From an uncultured Methanomicrobiaceae archaeon (GTDB taxonomy: Archaea > Halobacteriota > Methanomicrobia > Methanomicrobiales > Methanoculleaceae): DNA of 64,000 bases. The stretch lies in assembly GCA_963826525.1 (NCBI GenBank), contig CAWGXH010000004.1:320001-384000 (forward strand). Reading direction: 5' to 3'. The notes beneath the pieces are model-generated. The model was not told the DNA's origin. It ran no database searches and saw only the letters and a program-made list of their open reading frames with translations. Position numbers and translations under genes: made by a program. Shown here in pieces: positions 53,758 through 64,000 of the stretch (its first letter is position 1; the number at the start of each line of letters is the position of its first letter).

Positions 53758-55647
53758 ATGACAAGATCCACACCTGCTGAACAGAGAGACTGGCCGTTCA
53801 CCCACACCATTATCCTGGCCATGCTCCTCATCGTCATCTCCACGGTAGGAGCCATCTCGATCCACGATTATTTCCAGGAGCAGGAGAGGATGACGTCGGA
53901 TCTCGGCACCCTGCAGAATGTTACGGAGAAGAGCATCCGCACATCCGTCGTAAACGTTGATGCCGGACTGAAACTCTTCGACGACGCTCTCAACGACAGG
54001 TTGAAGACCGGGTTTACGCTCTTTCTCCAGGAGTACAACCGGTCCGGCGGAGATCCTTCAAAGATGGATCTTGCAGGGGTAAAGGAGAAGATGGGCGGAA
54101 CGATCGACCTCTACGTCATCAACGAGAGCGGGATGATCGAGTACACTACCTACCCGCCCGATCAGGGGCTCGATTTTAAGAAAATTCCCGACTTTTATGC
54201 CGAGATCACGGAACTGCGGCTTGGAAATACTTTCACCGCCGACAGGGTCGTCTACGAGCAGGCGACCGGGCAGATCCGGAAGTACGCCTATATGCCGACC
54301 CCGGACCATCGCTATCTCCTGGAGATCGGGTTTGTCCCGGCGGCGTTTGCCGACGAGCGAACCCGGATACAATCCCTCGAGAATATGCAGGACCTCGTCG
54401 CGCTCAACCCGTACCTCGAATCGATCAGAGCCTATGATATCTTTGGAAACCCGGTCGGAGAGCGAGGCCCGGCGGTCGACCCCGAGACGAAGAGGCTTGT
54501 GACGGAGGTGATCCTGCCCTCCCGGTCGGATTACCAGGTGCAGGACGCCGGTAGCGGAAGACTGATCCGCTACCTCTTCATCGACCTGAAAGACCCCGAG
54601 TATCCGTCGGATCCGAGCCTCATCGTCGAACTGACGTACAATACGGCACTCATTCAGCGACAACTCGAGCAGCTGCTCCTCTACCGGACAGCCATAGCGC
54701 TTCTGGCGATCACCCTCTGCGGCGCCGCAATCTTCGTGGTGACACGCAGGCTTACACGGCCCATTGCCGAGATCGTCGATGACATCGAGATCATTGCACG
54801 CGGAGACCTCGATCACACCGTCCGGGTCGCGGCGACACGAGAGGTCAGGCTGCTTGAGCAGAGCATCAACAGGATGGTGGGCACCCTGAAATCGACCATC
54901 CGGCGCATCAAAGAATCGGAGGAGACGATCCGGGAGTACAGCGACGGCCTTGAAGAGCAGGTCCGGGAGCGGACGGTCGATCTGCAGGAGTCCACGGAGC
55001 GGGCGAACCTGTACCTGGACGTCCTGACCCACGACATCAACAACATGACGAATACCGCCAGCCTCTACGCCGATCTTCTGCTGGAGGAACTTGACGGTGA
55101 GCCGCGGGAGTATACGGAGAAGATGCAGCGGAGCCTCAGGAAGAGCACCCAGATCATCAAAAACGTCAACACCATCCGGCAGATCCATGAGGAAGAGACC
55201 GCTCTCGTCCCCGTTGCGCTGGACGAGGTTATCCAGGCAGAGATCGGCCATCACCCCGATATCCGCATCAGGTGTGTGGGCACCTCCGCAACCGTACTCG
55301 CCGATGGCCTGCTCTCCGAGATCTTCACGAACCTTATCGGGAATGCCGCTAAATTCGGCGGCCCTGACGTCGAGATCGCGATTCGCGTCGAAGAGAATGG
55401 GGATGAGGCCCGCGTCACAGTCGAGGATACCGGCCCAGGTATTCCGGATGCTATGAAAGGGCAGCTATTCAGCCGTTTCACCAGAGGCGACGGTGAGAAG
55501 AGCGGCCGGGGTCTCGGGCTATACATCTGCCGGATGCTCGTCGAGCGCTACGGCGGCAGGATATGGGTCGAAGACCGGGTGCCCGGTCACCCAGAACGCG
55601 GGGCTGCGATCCGGTTTACTCTGAGAAAAGCCACAGTGCAGAATTGA
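53758..55647 (+). CDS. Membrane sensor histidine kinase 3
   Basis: Same architecture; THDINN, NLIGNAAK, GRGLGL. Confidence 0.9.
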   Translation: MTRSTPAEQRDWPFTHTIILAMLLIVISTVGAISIHDYFQEQERMTSDLGTLQNVTEKSIRTSVVNVDAGLKLFDDALNDRLKTGFTLFLQEYNRSGGDPSKMDLAGVKEKMGGTIDLYVINESGMIEYTTYPPDQGLDFKKIPDFYAEITELRLGNTFTADRVVYEQATGQIRKYAYMPTPDHRYLLEIGFVPAAFADERTRIQSLENMQDLVALNPYLESIRAYDIFGNPVGERGPAVDPETKRLVTEVILPSRSDYQVQDAGSGRLIRYLFIDLKDPEYPSDPSLIVELTYNTALIQRQLEQLLLYRTAIALLAITLCGAAIFVVTRRLTRPIAEIVDDIEIIARGDLDHTVRVAATREVRLLEQSINRMVGTLKSTIRRIKESEETIREYSDGLEEQVRERTVDLQESTERANLYLDVLTHDINNMTNTASLYADLLLEELDGEPREYTEKMQRSLRKSTQIIKNVNTIRQIHEEETALVPVALDEVIQAEIGHHPDIRIRCVGTSATVLADGLLSEIFTNLIGNAAKFGGPDVEIAIRVEENGDEARVTVEDTGPGIPDAMKGQLFSRFTRGDGEKSGRGLGLYICRMLVERYGGRIWVEDRVPGHPERGAAIRFTLRKATVQN

Positions 55648-55892
55648 ACCGGTTGCCCCGGAAGAACGATCGCCGCTTTCGGGAGGAAGCCCCGGCGGTT
55701 CGGGTTCCCACCTGCAGGAATGGTTATACTTCCGGCGCCTCGAACAACTTCAGCATATCGATGATCTACAGAAATGGATGATACTATCCATGAAATGTCA
55801 AGAGCACCGGATCTGCACGAAGCACACTTCTTTCCGGGCAGCGCGGGTCGGCGGACGATCCGAAAGAAAAATGAAACGATTCAGGGAAAACG

Positions 55893-56093
55893 CTACTCGG
55901 CAGAGAGAATATCCTGCACCCGTCCTACCCGCCCGTCCTGCAGCCGTACCTTGATACCGTGAGGGTGCTCCGCCGAGTTCGTCAGGATCGCCGCAACGAC
56001 ACCGCGAGTACGCTTTCCTGTCCGCTGATCGCACTTCAGGACAATCTCGACCGTCATTCCCGGCCGGATCTCCTCACGCCGTCTTCCCTTCAT
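55893..56093 (-). CDS. YwbE (DUF2196) family protein
   Basis: IVLK.DQRTGK.T.G.V..ILTNS..HPHGIKVRL.DG.VGRV. Confidence 0.85.
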   Translation of the reverse strand: MKGRRREEIRPGMTVEIVLKCDQRTGKRTRGVVAAILTNSAEHPHGIKVRLQDGRVGRVQDILSAE

Positions 56094-57630
56094 CCTCGCA
56101 CACGGGCAGGTCTACCTGCCCAGTCTCATTTTCATCCGCCTTTTCACGCGGCTGGAGTGTCTTCATCTGTGGGAAGAGGAGAACTTCCTTGATGGAATTT
56201 TTGTTGGTGAGCAGCATCACCAGCCGGTCGATGCCGATACCGACACCTCCGGTCGGGGGCATCCCGTAGCCGAGCGCGTTGATGAAGTCGTAATCGATCA
56301 TCTGTGCTTCGAGGTCACCCCGACGCCGCTTTGCATCCTGGAGCTCGAGTCGTGCCTTCTGATCGAGCGGGTCGTTCAGCTCCGAAAAGCCGTTCGCCAT
56401 CTCCATACCGTAGATGAAGAGCTCGAACCGCTCGGTCAGCCCCTCGTGCTCGCGGTGCTTCTTTGCAAGCGGCGAGTTCTCGATGGGAAAATCGTAGATG
56501 AACGTCGGCTGAATGAGCTGTTTTTCGGCGAAGTGCTCGAAGAAGAGGACAAGGTACTCCCCCCACGTCGCCGCCTCTTCGTAGCCCTCGACGTTATGCT
56601 TCCGTGCAAATTCCCGGAGCTCGTCGACGGCGTGATCCCGGACGGAGATCCCCGCATACTCGCGCACCGCCTCGTCCATACTCATGCGTTTCCACGGCCG
56701 CTCGAAGTGAAGAGTCGTCTCCTCGAACGGAATCTCCGTCGAGCCGCAGATCTCGCCGGCGAGCTCTGAAAAGATCGCCTCGGTGAGATCCATCATATCG
56801 TTATAGTCCCGGTACGCCTCGTAGATCTCGACCATCGAGAACTCGGGGTTATGGTTGGTGTCGATATCTTCGTTGCGGAAGTTCTTGGCGATCTCAAAGA
56901 CTTTGTCGAATCCACCGACGAGAAGGCGCTTTAAGTAGAGCTCCGGAGCAATCCGGAGGTACAGCTTCTGCTCGAGGTAGTTGTGGTAGGTCGTGAACGG
57001 CCGTGCGTTCGCCCCCCCGTAGATCGGCTGCAGTGTCGGTGTCTCGAACTCTAAAAAGTCGCGATCCAGCAGGAATGTGCGGAGACGGGATATAATCCTG
57101 CTCCGTGTCCTGAACGTCTCGCGGCTCTCCTCGTTCATGATGAGATCGATGTACCGCTGCCGGTAGCGCGTCTCGACGTTCTTGAGACCGTGGAACTTCT
57201 CCGGGAGAGCGCAGACGGACTTTGCAAGGAGAACGACATCGTCCACCCAGATGGTGAGTTCGCCCATCTTTGTCCGGAAGACGTGGCCGGTCACCCCGAT
57301 AATATCTCCGTTGTCGAAGTAATCCTTAAAGAGGTCGAACTTCTCCTCGCCAAGGTCGTTCTTCCGGATATAGAGCTGGATCTTGCCGGTCGCATCGCCG
57401 ATATCCGCAAAGATCGTCTTCCCGTGATGGCGAATGATATAGATCCGGCCTGCGGTGGAGACCGCACCTTCGCTCTTCTCATGGGTCGCACCGTCGAAAC
57501 GCTCTTTGATCGTCTGAACCGTATCCTTTCGGTCGAACGAATACGGATAGACCGTAACGCCGCGCTCCCTCAGGATCTGTATTTTATCTATCTTCGATCT
57601 CTCAAAACAGAGATTGTCCGTGTCATTCAT
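56074..57630 (-). CDS. lysS: Lysyl-tRNA synthetase, class II
   Basis: LPEKFHGL, RYRQRY, GGANARPF, LRIAPELYLK, FRNE, HNPEF, YGMPPTGG.GIGIDR. Confidence 0.96.
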   Translation of the reverse strand: MNDTDNLCFERSKIDKIQILRERGVTVYPYSFDRKDTVQTIKERFDGATHEKSEGAVSTAGRIYIIRHHGKTIFADIGDATGKIQLYIRKNDLGEEKFDLFKDYFDNGDIIGVTGHVFRTKMGELTIWVDDVVLLAKSVCALPEKFHGLKNVETRYRQRYIDLIMNEESRETFRTRSRIISRLRTFLLDRDFLEFETPTLQPIYGGANARPFTTYHNYLEQKLYLRIAPELYLKRLLVGGFDKVFEIAKNFRNEDIDTNHNPEFSMVEIYEAYRDYNDMMDLTEAIFSELAGEICGSTEIPFEETTLHFERPWKRMSMDEAVREYAGISVRDHAVDELREFARKHNVEGYEEAATWGEYLVLFFEHFAEKQLIQPTFIYDFPIENSPLAKKHREHEGLTERFELFIYGMEMANGFSELNDPLDQKARLELQDAKRRRGDLEAQMIDYDFINALGYGMPPTGGVGIGIDRLVMLLTNKNSIKEVLLFPQMKTLQPREKADENETGQVDLPVCEDEGKTA

Positions 57631-57856
57631 GGGGTCACCATCTCCCTTCTCACCGTGCAGCCGTGCTCCCTCGGGCTCCTTCACGGCAACCCTCCTCTGG
57701 GCCAGGAAACGGATCGCAGTCGTCTGCGATCGATACCATACATATTCCACGCCATTGCTATTTAATGTGGGGTGAAACGCAGTTCTCTCCCTCGGGCACC
57801 GCCGTCGGAAATCTCCGCGGATCAGGCAGAGAGAACTGAATCCGGATACTGCCGGC

Positions 57857-58438
57857 CTATCCCGGATGCCCGCCACGGCACGCCCGCATGAACGCACGGA
57901 TCTTCTCCCGGTCTTTGACACCGGGGCCGGCCTCGAGCCCCGAACAGGCGTCCACCGCATACGGGCGGACGGTATCGATCGCCTCCTCCACATTCTCCGG
58001 CGTGAGCCCGCCGGCGAGGATGACCGGGACGGGCGACTCCTCGACTATCCGCCGTGCAAAGACAGGGTCGTAGAGGCATCCGGTGCCCCGGCTTGCATCC
58101 ACGATCACCGCATCGCAGTCACCCCGCGGCATATCAGGGGGTTTTATGACCCTGATGAACGCCACGTCCCGGACAGCGGGGAGCGGGAAGTCGTGCGAGA
58201 TCTGTACGGCCGCAGGGCAGAGCGCGAGGATACGTTCGAGGTCTTCGGGCGAAGCCGTATGCGTGACGCAAACCGTCCGAACCCGGGAGCCGACGGCTGC
58301 GATAATCTCCCCTGCCTGCTCAAGCGTAATCTCCCGGGGCGAGTCGCTGCAGACGATCATCCCGATGGCATCCGCTCCGAGAGATGCACTATACACCGCA
58401 TCGTCCACCGTCATGACCCCGCAGATCTTCACGCGCAT
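57857..58438 (-). CDS. trpF: Phosphoribosylanthranilate isomerase
   Basis: VKICG, SPR, ILAGGLTPENV, PYAVD..SG.E..PG.KD. Confidence 0.9.
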   Translation of the reverse strand: MRVKICGVMTVDDAVYSASLGADAIGMIVCSDSPREITLEQAGEIIAAVGSRVRTVCVTHTASPEDLERILALCPAAVQISHDFPLPAVRDVAFIRVIKPPDMPRGDCDAVIVDASRGTGCLYDPVFARRIVEESPVPVILAGGLTPENVEEAIDTVRPYAVDACSGLEAGPGVKDREKIRAFMRACRGGHPG

Positions 58439-58556
58439 ACAGATCACAACTCCACTTTCCTTCCCGACAGGTAGGACGCCATCGATGATGAATGGACGTG
58501 TCGGCATCGAAACGCAACACATAAGAGTTTGGCGAATGAGTGTGATTGAAGAGCAT

Positions 58557-59162
58557 ATGGATGAGAGTCGAAACCGAAGGGAACGGATGGACGAACTCTC
58601 TCAGGTGATACGCGAATGCAGGAAATGCCCTCTCTGGGAGGATACGCATAACGCGGTCCCGGGAGAAGGGAACGCCACGGCAAGACTGGTCTTTATCGGT
58701 GAGGCTCCGGGCAGGCAGGAAGACCTTACCGGAAGGCCATTCGTCGGCCGCGCAGGTTCCCTCCTCGAGAGACTCCTCGCCGGGATCGGGCTTGCACGAT
58801 CGGATGTATTCATAGCGAACATCGTCAAACACCGGCCTCCGGAGAACCGTGATCCACGGGAGAGCGAGATCGAGGCCTGCACCCCCTACCTCGACCAGCA
58901 GATCCGGTTGATTGAACCCGAGATTATCGTCACGCTCGGGCGGCACTCGACCCGGTACATCCTCTCCCGGGTGCCGATTGAGTTTGAGAAGATCACCGAG
59001 ATCCGTGGGAAGGTCTTCGCTGTTACGTTCGCCGGTCAGAAGGTGCGCATTATCCCGACACTTCACCCTGCAGCGGCCCTCTACAACCCCGCATACAGGG
59101 CAGACCTCGAAGAGGACTTCCGGACGATCCGGGACGAACTCGCAGTCACGGAGCCGCGTTAG
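58557..59162 (+). CDS. udg: Uracil-DNA glycosylase, family 4
   Basis: CRKC, IGEAPG..ED..GRPFVG, RPPENRDP, HPAA. Confidence 0.92.
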   Translation: MDESRNRRERMDELSQVIRECRKCPLWEDTHNAVPGEGNATARLVFIGEAPGRQEDLTGRPFVGRAGSLLERLLAGIGLARSDVFIANIVKHRPPENRDPRESEIEACTPYLDQQIRLIEPEIIVTLGRHSTRYILSRVPIEFEKITEIRGKVFAVTFAGQKVRIIPTLHPAAALYNPAYRADLEEDFRTIRDELAVTEPR

Positions 59163-59174
59163 GAGACGCCCGGT

Positions 59175-59603
59175 ATGCCGAAAGAGAGGTCCTGCGGTGC
59201 CGTCGTCTTCCGGAGAGATCGGGAGATCGAGTATCTGCTCCTGCAGTACGGGGCGGGCCACTGGGATCTCGTCAAGGGACACGGGAGGCGGGGAGAGAAA
59301 GAGAAGCAGACCGTACTCCGGGAACTCGAGGAAGAGACCGGGATCGTCGACGCGTGGTTCATCCCGGATTTCCGTGAGGAGATCCACTACTTCTTCCGGC
59401 GCCGCGGAGATACGGTCTACAAGGAGGTCGTCTACTACCTCATGGAGACACGCAGCCGGGACGTGCTCCTCTCGGACGAGCATATCGGCTACCGGTGGCT
59501 GCCGTTCGAGCAGGCGATCAGAACAGTCACCTTTAAAAATTCACGTGACGTTGTCAAAAAGGCGCAGGGACACCTGAAAGCGGAGATCTCACCCAACGGG
59601 TGA
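59175..59603 (+). CDS. Nudix hydrolase (Ap4A hydrolase-like)
   Basis: RSCGAVVFR, HWD..KGH...GE......RELEEETG, LSDEH. Confidence 0.85.
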   Translation: MPKERSCGAVVFRRDREIEYLLLQYGAGHWDLVKGHGRRGEKEKQTVLRELEEETGIVDAWFIPDFREEIHYFFRRRGDTVYKEVVYYLMETRSRDVLLSDEHIGYRWLPFEQAIRTVTFKNSRDVVKKAQGHLKAEISPNG

Positions 59604-59615
59604 CCACTCTCACAT

Positions 59616-60869
59616 CTACCTGCGATCCGCTGCAGGGGCGGAACCACCCCTCTCCGCCCCCTCCCCTGACCGGACGGCCAGCAGGAAATCCTTGAGCAGC
59701 GGGATCTCCGTCCGGACAACCTCGATTCCTGCTTCGGCAAAAAGATATGCCGGCCCCTTTCCCTCCATACTTTCCCGGGTGACGACGATATCGGGCTTCT
59801 CGGCAAGAAGCCATCGTGCCGTCTGCAGGCCCTTCCCCTTCTCAACCCCGGTATAGGGATTGGCAATGAACCGCATCTCCTCTACCCTCCCGGAAGATCG
59901 GTCGATGTCGACGACGGCAAACGAGGGGGCCTCCCCAAAGTGAGGACTGATCGTGCCCTCCCCGTCCCCAAGTGCCACGGCATACCGCATGTGCGTCGAC
60001 GACGACGGCTCAAGGTGCAGGACGACCCGGTCGACGCCGGGTATGGCATCCCGTATCTTCTCCTTGATTCGCTCGGCGATCCGGTGCGCCTGCTCGAGGT
60101 CGCCGATCCTGAAGGCGACATCCGCCTCGACAAAGACGTATCTGCCCGAGTTGCGGCCGGTGATGCGCCGCACATCGGCGACCGCAGGTTCGGCGAGGAT
60201 GATCCTCCGAAGCGCCTCAAGCGTCTTTTGATCTACCGACGCATCGAGGAGCACCCGCATTCCGGAAATGAGGATGCCCCACCCCGCCCGCAGAATAAAG
60301 AGTGCGACGATGACGGCGGCAACCCGATCAAGAGGAAGACCGGACGCACTGCCCGCCAGGGCAACAAAAACGATCGCTGATGAGAGGACATCCGCCGTGA
60401 ACTGATTGCCGTCGGCAACGAGGCTCGGGGAGTTGTACCGGCGGCCGACACGCATCTCGTACCGGCCGAAGAGAAACGGCACGGGAATCAGGAGCGCCAC
60501 TGCGGCGAGCACCAGCGGATCATACGATACCACCGCCCCTTCACGGAAGAGCGCCTCCCGCACGATCTCGTAAGCGGTCAGGAAGAGGAGCAGCGCGATG
60601 ATCACCGAAACGACGTTCTCAATCTTATAGAGGCCGTAGGGAAACTGCGGGCTCTTCCGCGTCGAGATGACGAGGCCAAGGATCAGGGCGATCGACGCGA
60701 AGACATCGACGAGGGAGTGAACCGCATCAGCCTGCAGCGCCAGACTTCCCGTGATCAGCGAGAGCAGGTATTTGATAGAAACCAGCGAGATATTGAGCGC
60801 CAGTGAATAGACGGCCACCCGGCGGATGGGTGAACCGAATACTCCGTCCGCTTCCCTATCTCTCTCCAT
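59616..60869 (-). CDS. Cation diffusion facilitator with C-terminal NifB/NifX-like domain
   Basis: ADAVHS..D, FPYG.YK.E, cytoplasmic dimerisation domain (HLEP), then ISPHFGEAP...NP. Confidence 0.88.
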   Translation of the reverse strand: MERDREADGVFGSPIRRVAVYSLALNISLVSIKYLLSLITGSLALQADAVHSLVDVFASIALILGLVISTRKSPQFPYGLYKIENVVSVIIALLLFLTAYEIVREALFREGAVVSYDPLVLAAVALLIPVPFLFGRYEMRVGRRYNSPSLVADGNQFTADVLSSAIVFVALAGSASGLPLDRVAAVIVALFILRAGWGILISGMRVLLDASVDQKTLEALRRIILAEPAVADVRRITGRNSGRYVFVEADVAFRIGDLEQAHRIAERIKEKIRDAIPGVDRVVLHLEPSSSTHMRYAVALGDGEGTISPHFGEAPSFAVVDIDRSSGRVEEMRFIANPYTGVEKGKGLQTARWLLAEKPDIVVTRESMEGKGPAYLFAEAGIEVVRTEIPLLKDFLLAVRSGEGAERGGSAPAADRR

Positions 60870-61046
60870 ACAATCACCGACAGAGGCTCTCGCGCAGCAA
60901 TCGGGATTTTTCTCCCGAATACCATTTAGGTCTTTGTGCCGTGACATACAGAACCGGATCTGGCCAGTGTTCAGATATGCCCGGAGTGCCTAGCCAGAGT
61001 CATGCACAAACCTTATCCTCCCGCTCCCCGTATGGCTCCCTGAACC

Positions 61047-61379
61047 ATGGTGCTCGAACAGGTCATCGGGGTCATCGAGTCGGGGATCGGCATCTTCGGT
61101 GCGATCTTTATCGTTTACGGAGCAATTATCGCAATCTACCAGCTCCTGAAACGGGAGACCCGCATACAGTGGTTGAGTTACCACGACATCAGGTGGACGT
61201 TCACCACGCGGATCCTGATCGGCCTCGAGTTCTTCGTGGCCGCCGATGTCCTCAAGACCATCCTCGAACCGACGTACCAGGATCTGGCCGTGCTCGGTGC
61301 CATCGTCGCCATCAGAACCGTCTTGAGTTACTTCCTCGGGAAAGAAATGCAGGAGATGCCGGAAGACAAAAAGATGTAA
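61047..61379 (+). CDS. DUF1622 membrane protein
   Basis: GLEFFVAADVLKTI..PT..DL..LGAIV.IRTVLSYFL. Confidence 0.85.
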   Translation: MVLEQVIGVIESGIGIFGAIFIVYGAIIAIYQLLKRETRIQWLSYHDIRWTFTTRILIGLEFFVAADVLKTILEPTYQDLAVLGAIVAIRTVLSYFLGKEMQEMPEDKKM

Positions 61380-61570
61380 TCAGACCTCGTGCTCCGCCGG
61401 AGGAGCGACGGATCACCTTTTCTCAGGTCTTCCCACCAACACCTGCACGCGGGTGTATCGATCCGGATTGGCCTTTCACCCGGGATCTGGTCGGCATCCC
61501 CAAAAGAAACAATGTTCCGGGAGATGCAACAGGTCTCGTAAGGCATATCGCCAGCATCCGGAGCAGCACG

Positions 61571-62175
61571 ATGGAGGAGAAGAAGATAAGGAGAGAATCA
61601 GAGGAGAGCGTCAGGGAAGCGTACCGCGTTTTTAACGTTCTTTTCATATCCGTCTTCTCGGCCGTGCTGGGCCTCGGGATCATCGTTCCGCTCCTGCCGT
61701 TTTACGCCGAAAGCCTGGGGGCGAGCGGCATCTGGATCGGGATCATCTTCTCCGGTTTGGCCGTATCGAGAGCCGTCTTCATGCCGATCATCGGAAACCT
61801 CTCCGACCGGAGAGGACGACGATCGTTCATTCTCGTCGGCCTGTTCATCTATACTCTTCTCCCCCTGGCCTACATCGCCGCAGACTCGGTCTACCTGCTG
61901 ACGGCCGTCCGGATATTTCACGGGTTCGCCTCGGCGACGGGGTAGCCGTCCCGGCCGCAACGGCGGTCGTCACCATCGCTGGCAGGGAGATAGGCCAGGG
62001 GGCAGCGATGGGAGCCTTCAACACGGCAATGAGCATCGGCATGGTCACCGCCCCGCTCATCTGCGGGGCGGCGATGGATCTTGCCGGAGTGCAGTATGTC
62101 TTTCTCTTCTCGGGGATCGTTTCATTCCTCTCCATCGGAGTCTTCCGGTGGATGGCCGCGGATCAGAGCCTCTGA
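61571..62175 (+). pseudogene. MFS transporter, internally deleted (about half length) with frameshift
   Basis: Motif A GNLSDRRGRR and RIFHG in the first frame; a second frame from ~61942 gives GAAMGAFN...APLICG...DQSL*. Confidence 0.6.
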
Positions 62176-62349
62176 GAAGACTACCACCCCTTCATACCAG
62201 GTCTCCGCCACCCGAACCGGGGCGGGAGCGCATGCAGAATCCCGAGCATCCGGTGGCGGAAACTATTATTAGTGGCATCGTTAATGCTCTCGTGGTAGCA
62301 TCGCCGACCATGCGGTGACGCCGCAGAACCATGCCTACGGGGGATATCT

Positions 62350-64000
62350 ATGTCGGAGAGAATGCTGAGTGAAACTGAAGGATACGACCTGCTGAACAAA
62401 CGCGGTATTCCGGTACCGCCGCACCGTCTGGTGACGAGCGCCGAAGATGCTGCAGAGGCCGCAGAGTCCATCGGCCGCCCGGTCGTCATGAAAGTCATCT
62501 CTCCGCAGATCGTTCATAAAAGCGATGTCGGAGGCGTGATCACCGGTATTGAAACAACAGAGAATGCAAAAGCGGCGTTCCGTGACATTATGGAGAAGAG
62601 TACCTCACGGGCACCGGGAGCAGAGATCACCGGCATCGTCGTCGAGAAACAGATGCCTCCGGGCCTGGAGGTGCTGATCGGCGGAAAGACCGACCCCTCA
62701 TTCGGGAAGATCATCACCTTCGGCCTCGGCGGCAAGCTGGTCGAGCTCCTGCACGATGTCTCGATCCGCGTGCTGCCGATCTCCCGCGACGATGCACGGG
62801 ATATGATCAAAGAGATCGACGGCTACCGCCTCATCCAGGGTTACCGAGGTGAAACAGCCAGAGATGAGGATGCGCTCGTCGATATCATCGCCAGCATGTC
62901 GGAGATCTTCACGGATAATCCGGCAATGCACGAGTTTGACTTAAATCCGGTCATCCTCTACGAGAAAGGCGCCCGTGTCGTCGATGCCAGGATCATCATG
63001 AACGAGGCGGTGATGCCCACAAGCACCCGGAAGGTCGCCGAGGTCCCGGAAGAGATCTTCTTTCCCCAGTCCATCGCCGTCATCGGAGCGTCATCGAACC
63101 CGAAAAAGGTTGGGTATGCCGTATTTCGTAATCTCCTCGAATTCCCCGGGCACCTGTACCCTATCAACCCAAACCGGACCGAACTCTTCGGAAGAGACGT
63201 CTATCCCTCGATGGATGCCGTTCCCGGGCCGGTAGACTGCGCCATCATCGCCGTCCCTGCCCGGTACATACCCGGCACCATTGAGGAATGCGGGAAGAAA
63301 GGTGTCAAACTGGCCGTCATCGTCACCGCGGGTTTCCGCGAGGCCAGCGAGGACGGAAAGAAGCTTGAGGAGGAGATAGTGAGAATTGCCGGCACCTACG
63401 GGGTCAGGATAGTCGGCCCGAACTGCCTTGGAATTATGCTCCCCCACCAGGGCATCAACGCGACCTTCGACCCGGTATCTCCAAAACCAGGGCACATCGC
63501 CTTCATATCCCAGAGCGGTGCGATCATCACCACGATCGTCGACTGGAGCCTGACCGAGGAACTCGGGTTTTCAGCCGTTTTCAGCGTCGGCAACCAGGCC
63601 GATCTCGGATTTGAGCAGTATCTGAAGTTCGCGGAGAGTCACCCCGTGACCCACGCGATCACCCTGTATATCGAAGAGATCCGGAACGGGCGATCGTTCA
63701 TGAAGATCATGAAGGAGGTTGCGGAGACGAAACCGGTCATCGTCATCAAATCGGGCTCGTCACAGAAGGGGAAACAGGCGGCCTCGTCGCATACCGGATC
63801 GCTTGCAGGCAGCCACGACGTCTACATGGCGGCGTTCAGACAGGCGGGAGTGATCCCGGCGAGCGATCTCCGCGAGGCGTTCCAGCTCGCAGAGCTCCTC
63901 TCCTCGGAGGGCTACCCGAAGGGGAAACGGGCGATCGCAATCACGAGTGCCGGAGGATTCGGCGTCCTCGCCTCAGACTATGCCGAGAAGTACGGCCTCT
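62350..64000 (+). CDS. ADP-forming acetate--CoA ligase (ATP-grasp domain fused N-terminally to CoA-binding domain), runs off window end
   Basis: Manual translation MSERMLSETEGYDLL, PVVMKVISP.IVHKSDVGGV, DLNPV, SIAVIGAS, GPNCLG, SQSGA, AASSHTGSLAG. Confidence 0.9.
   Translation, partial: MSERMLSETEGYDLLNKRGIPVPPHRLVTSAEDAAEAAESIGRPVVMKVISPQIVHKSDVGGVITGIETTENAKAAFRDIMEKSTSRAPGAEITGIVVEKQMPPGLEVLIGGKTDPSFGKIITFGLGGKLVELLHDVSIRVLPISRDDARDMIKEIDGYRLIQGYRGETARDEDALVDIIASMSEIFTDNPAMHEFDLNPVILYEKGARVVDARIIMNEAVMPTSTRKVAEVPEEIFFPQSIAVIGASSNPKKVGYAVFRNLLEFPGHLYPINPNRTELFGRDVYPSMDAVPGPVDCAIIAVPARYIPGTIEECGKKGVKLAVIVTAGFREASEDGKKLEEEIVRIAGTYGVRIVGPNCLGIMLPHQGINATFDPVSPKPGHIAFISQSGAIITTIVDWSLTEELGFSAVFSVGNQADLGFEQYLKFAESHPVTHAITLYIEEIRNGRSFMKIMKEVAETKPVIVIKSGSSQKGKQAASSHTGSLAGSHDVYMAAFRQAGVIPASDLREAFQLAELLSSEGYPKGKRAIAITSAGGFGVLASDYAEKYGL

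Noticed and set aside
56074-57630. Class II LysRS in an archaeon as a sign of recent gene transfer
   Set aside because: Class II LysRS is already known in several archaeal lineages including methanogens, and composition matches the neighbours
1-64000. CRISPR array, cas, defence or prophage genes, and ORB-type origin
   Set aside because: No regularly spaced repeats, recognisable cas/viral/defence genes, cdc6 or ORB boxes were seen by eye

Overview
GC-rich archaeal chromosome segment. Gene content, promoters and protein sequences point to a Methanomicrobiales methanogen (Methanoculleus-like; inferred). Core genes: PolD large subunit DP2 with a 165-aa Gln-ending mini-intein, tRNA-Leu(CAA), aIF-1A, the upper mevalonate cluster (HTH regulator, HMG-CoA synthase, thiolase, DUF35, HMG-CoA reductase), ribK-ribB, RPA plus partner, cbiZ, pyrF, deoxyhypusine synthase, tiaS, thermosome, class II lysS, trpF, family-4 UDG, a Nudix hydrolase and a partial ADP-forming acetate-CoA ligase. 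Accessory parts: a HEAT-repeat cluster (0-5.6 kb), a fragment-rich patch after the tRNA (10.3-24 kb), an operon of one lipoprotein and five prepilin-like genes with no ATPase (25.6-29.3 kb), and three tandem HAMP histidine kinases with no response regulator (49.7-55.6 kb). Many genes, including essential ones, carry single-base frameshifts that most likely are sequencing errors. Best leads: a structured ~110-nt RNA in front of tRNA-Leu, a free-standing Cys-rich NrdD-type glycyl-radical domain coupled to cbiZ, the orphan prepilin operon, catalytically degenerate serine-resolvase and RNase III homologues, and an unannotated structured transcript at ~45.0-45.3 kb. Family names come from motif recognition by eye, not database searches.
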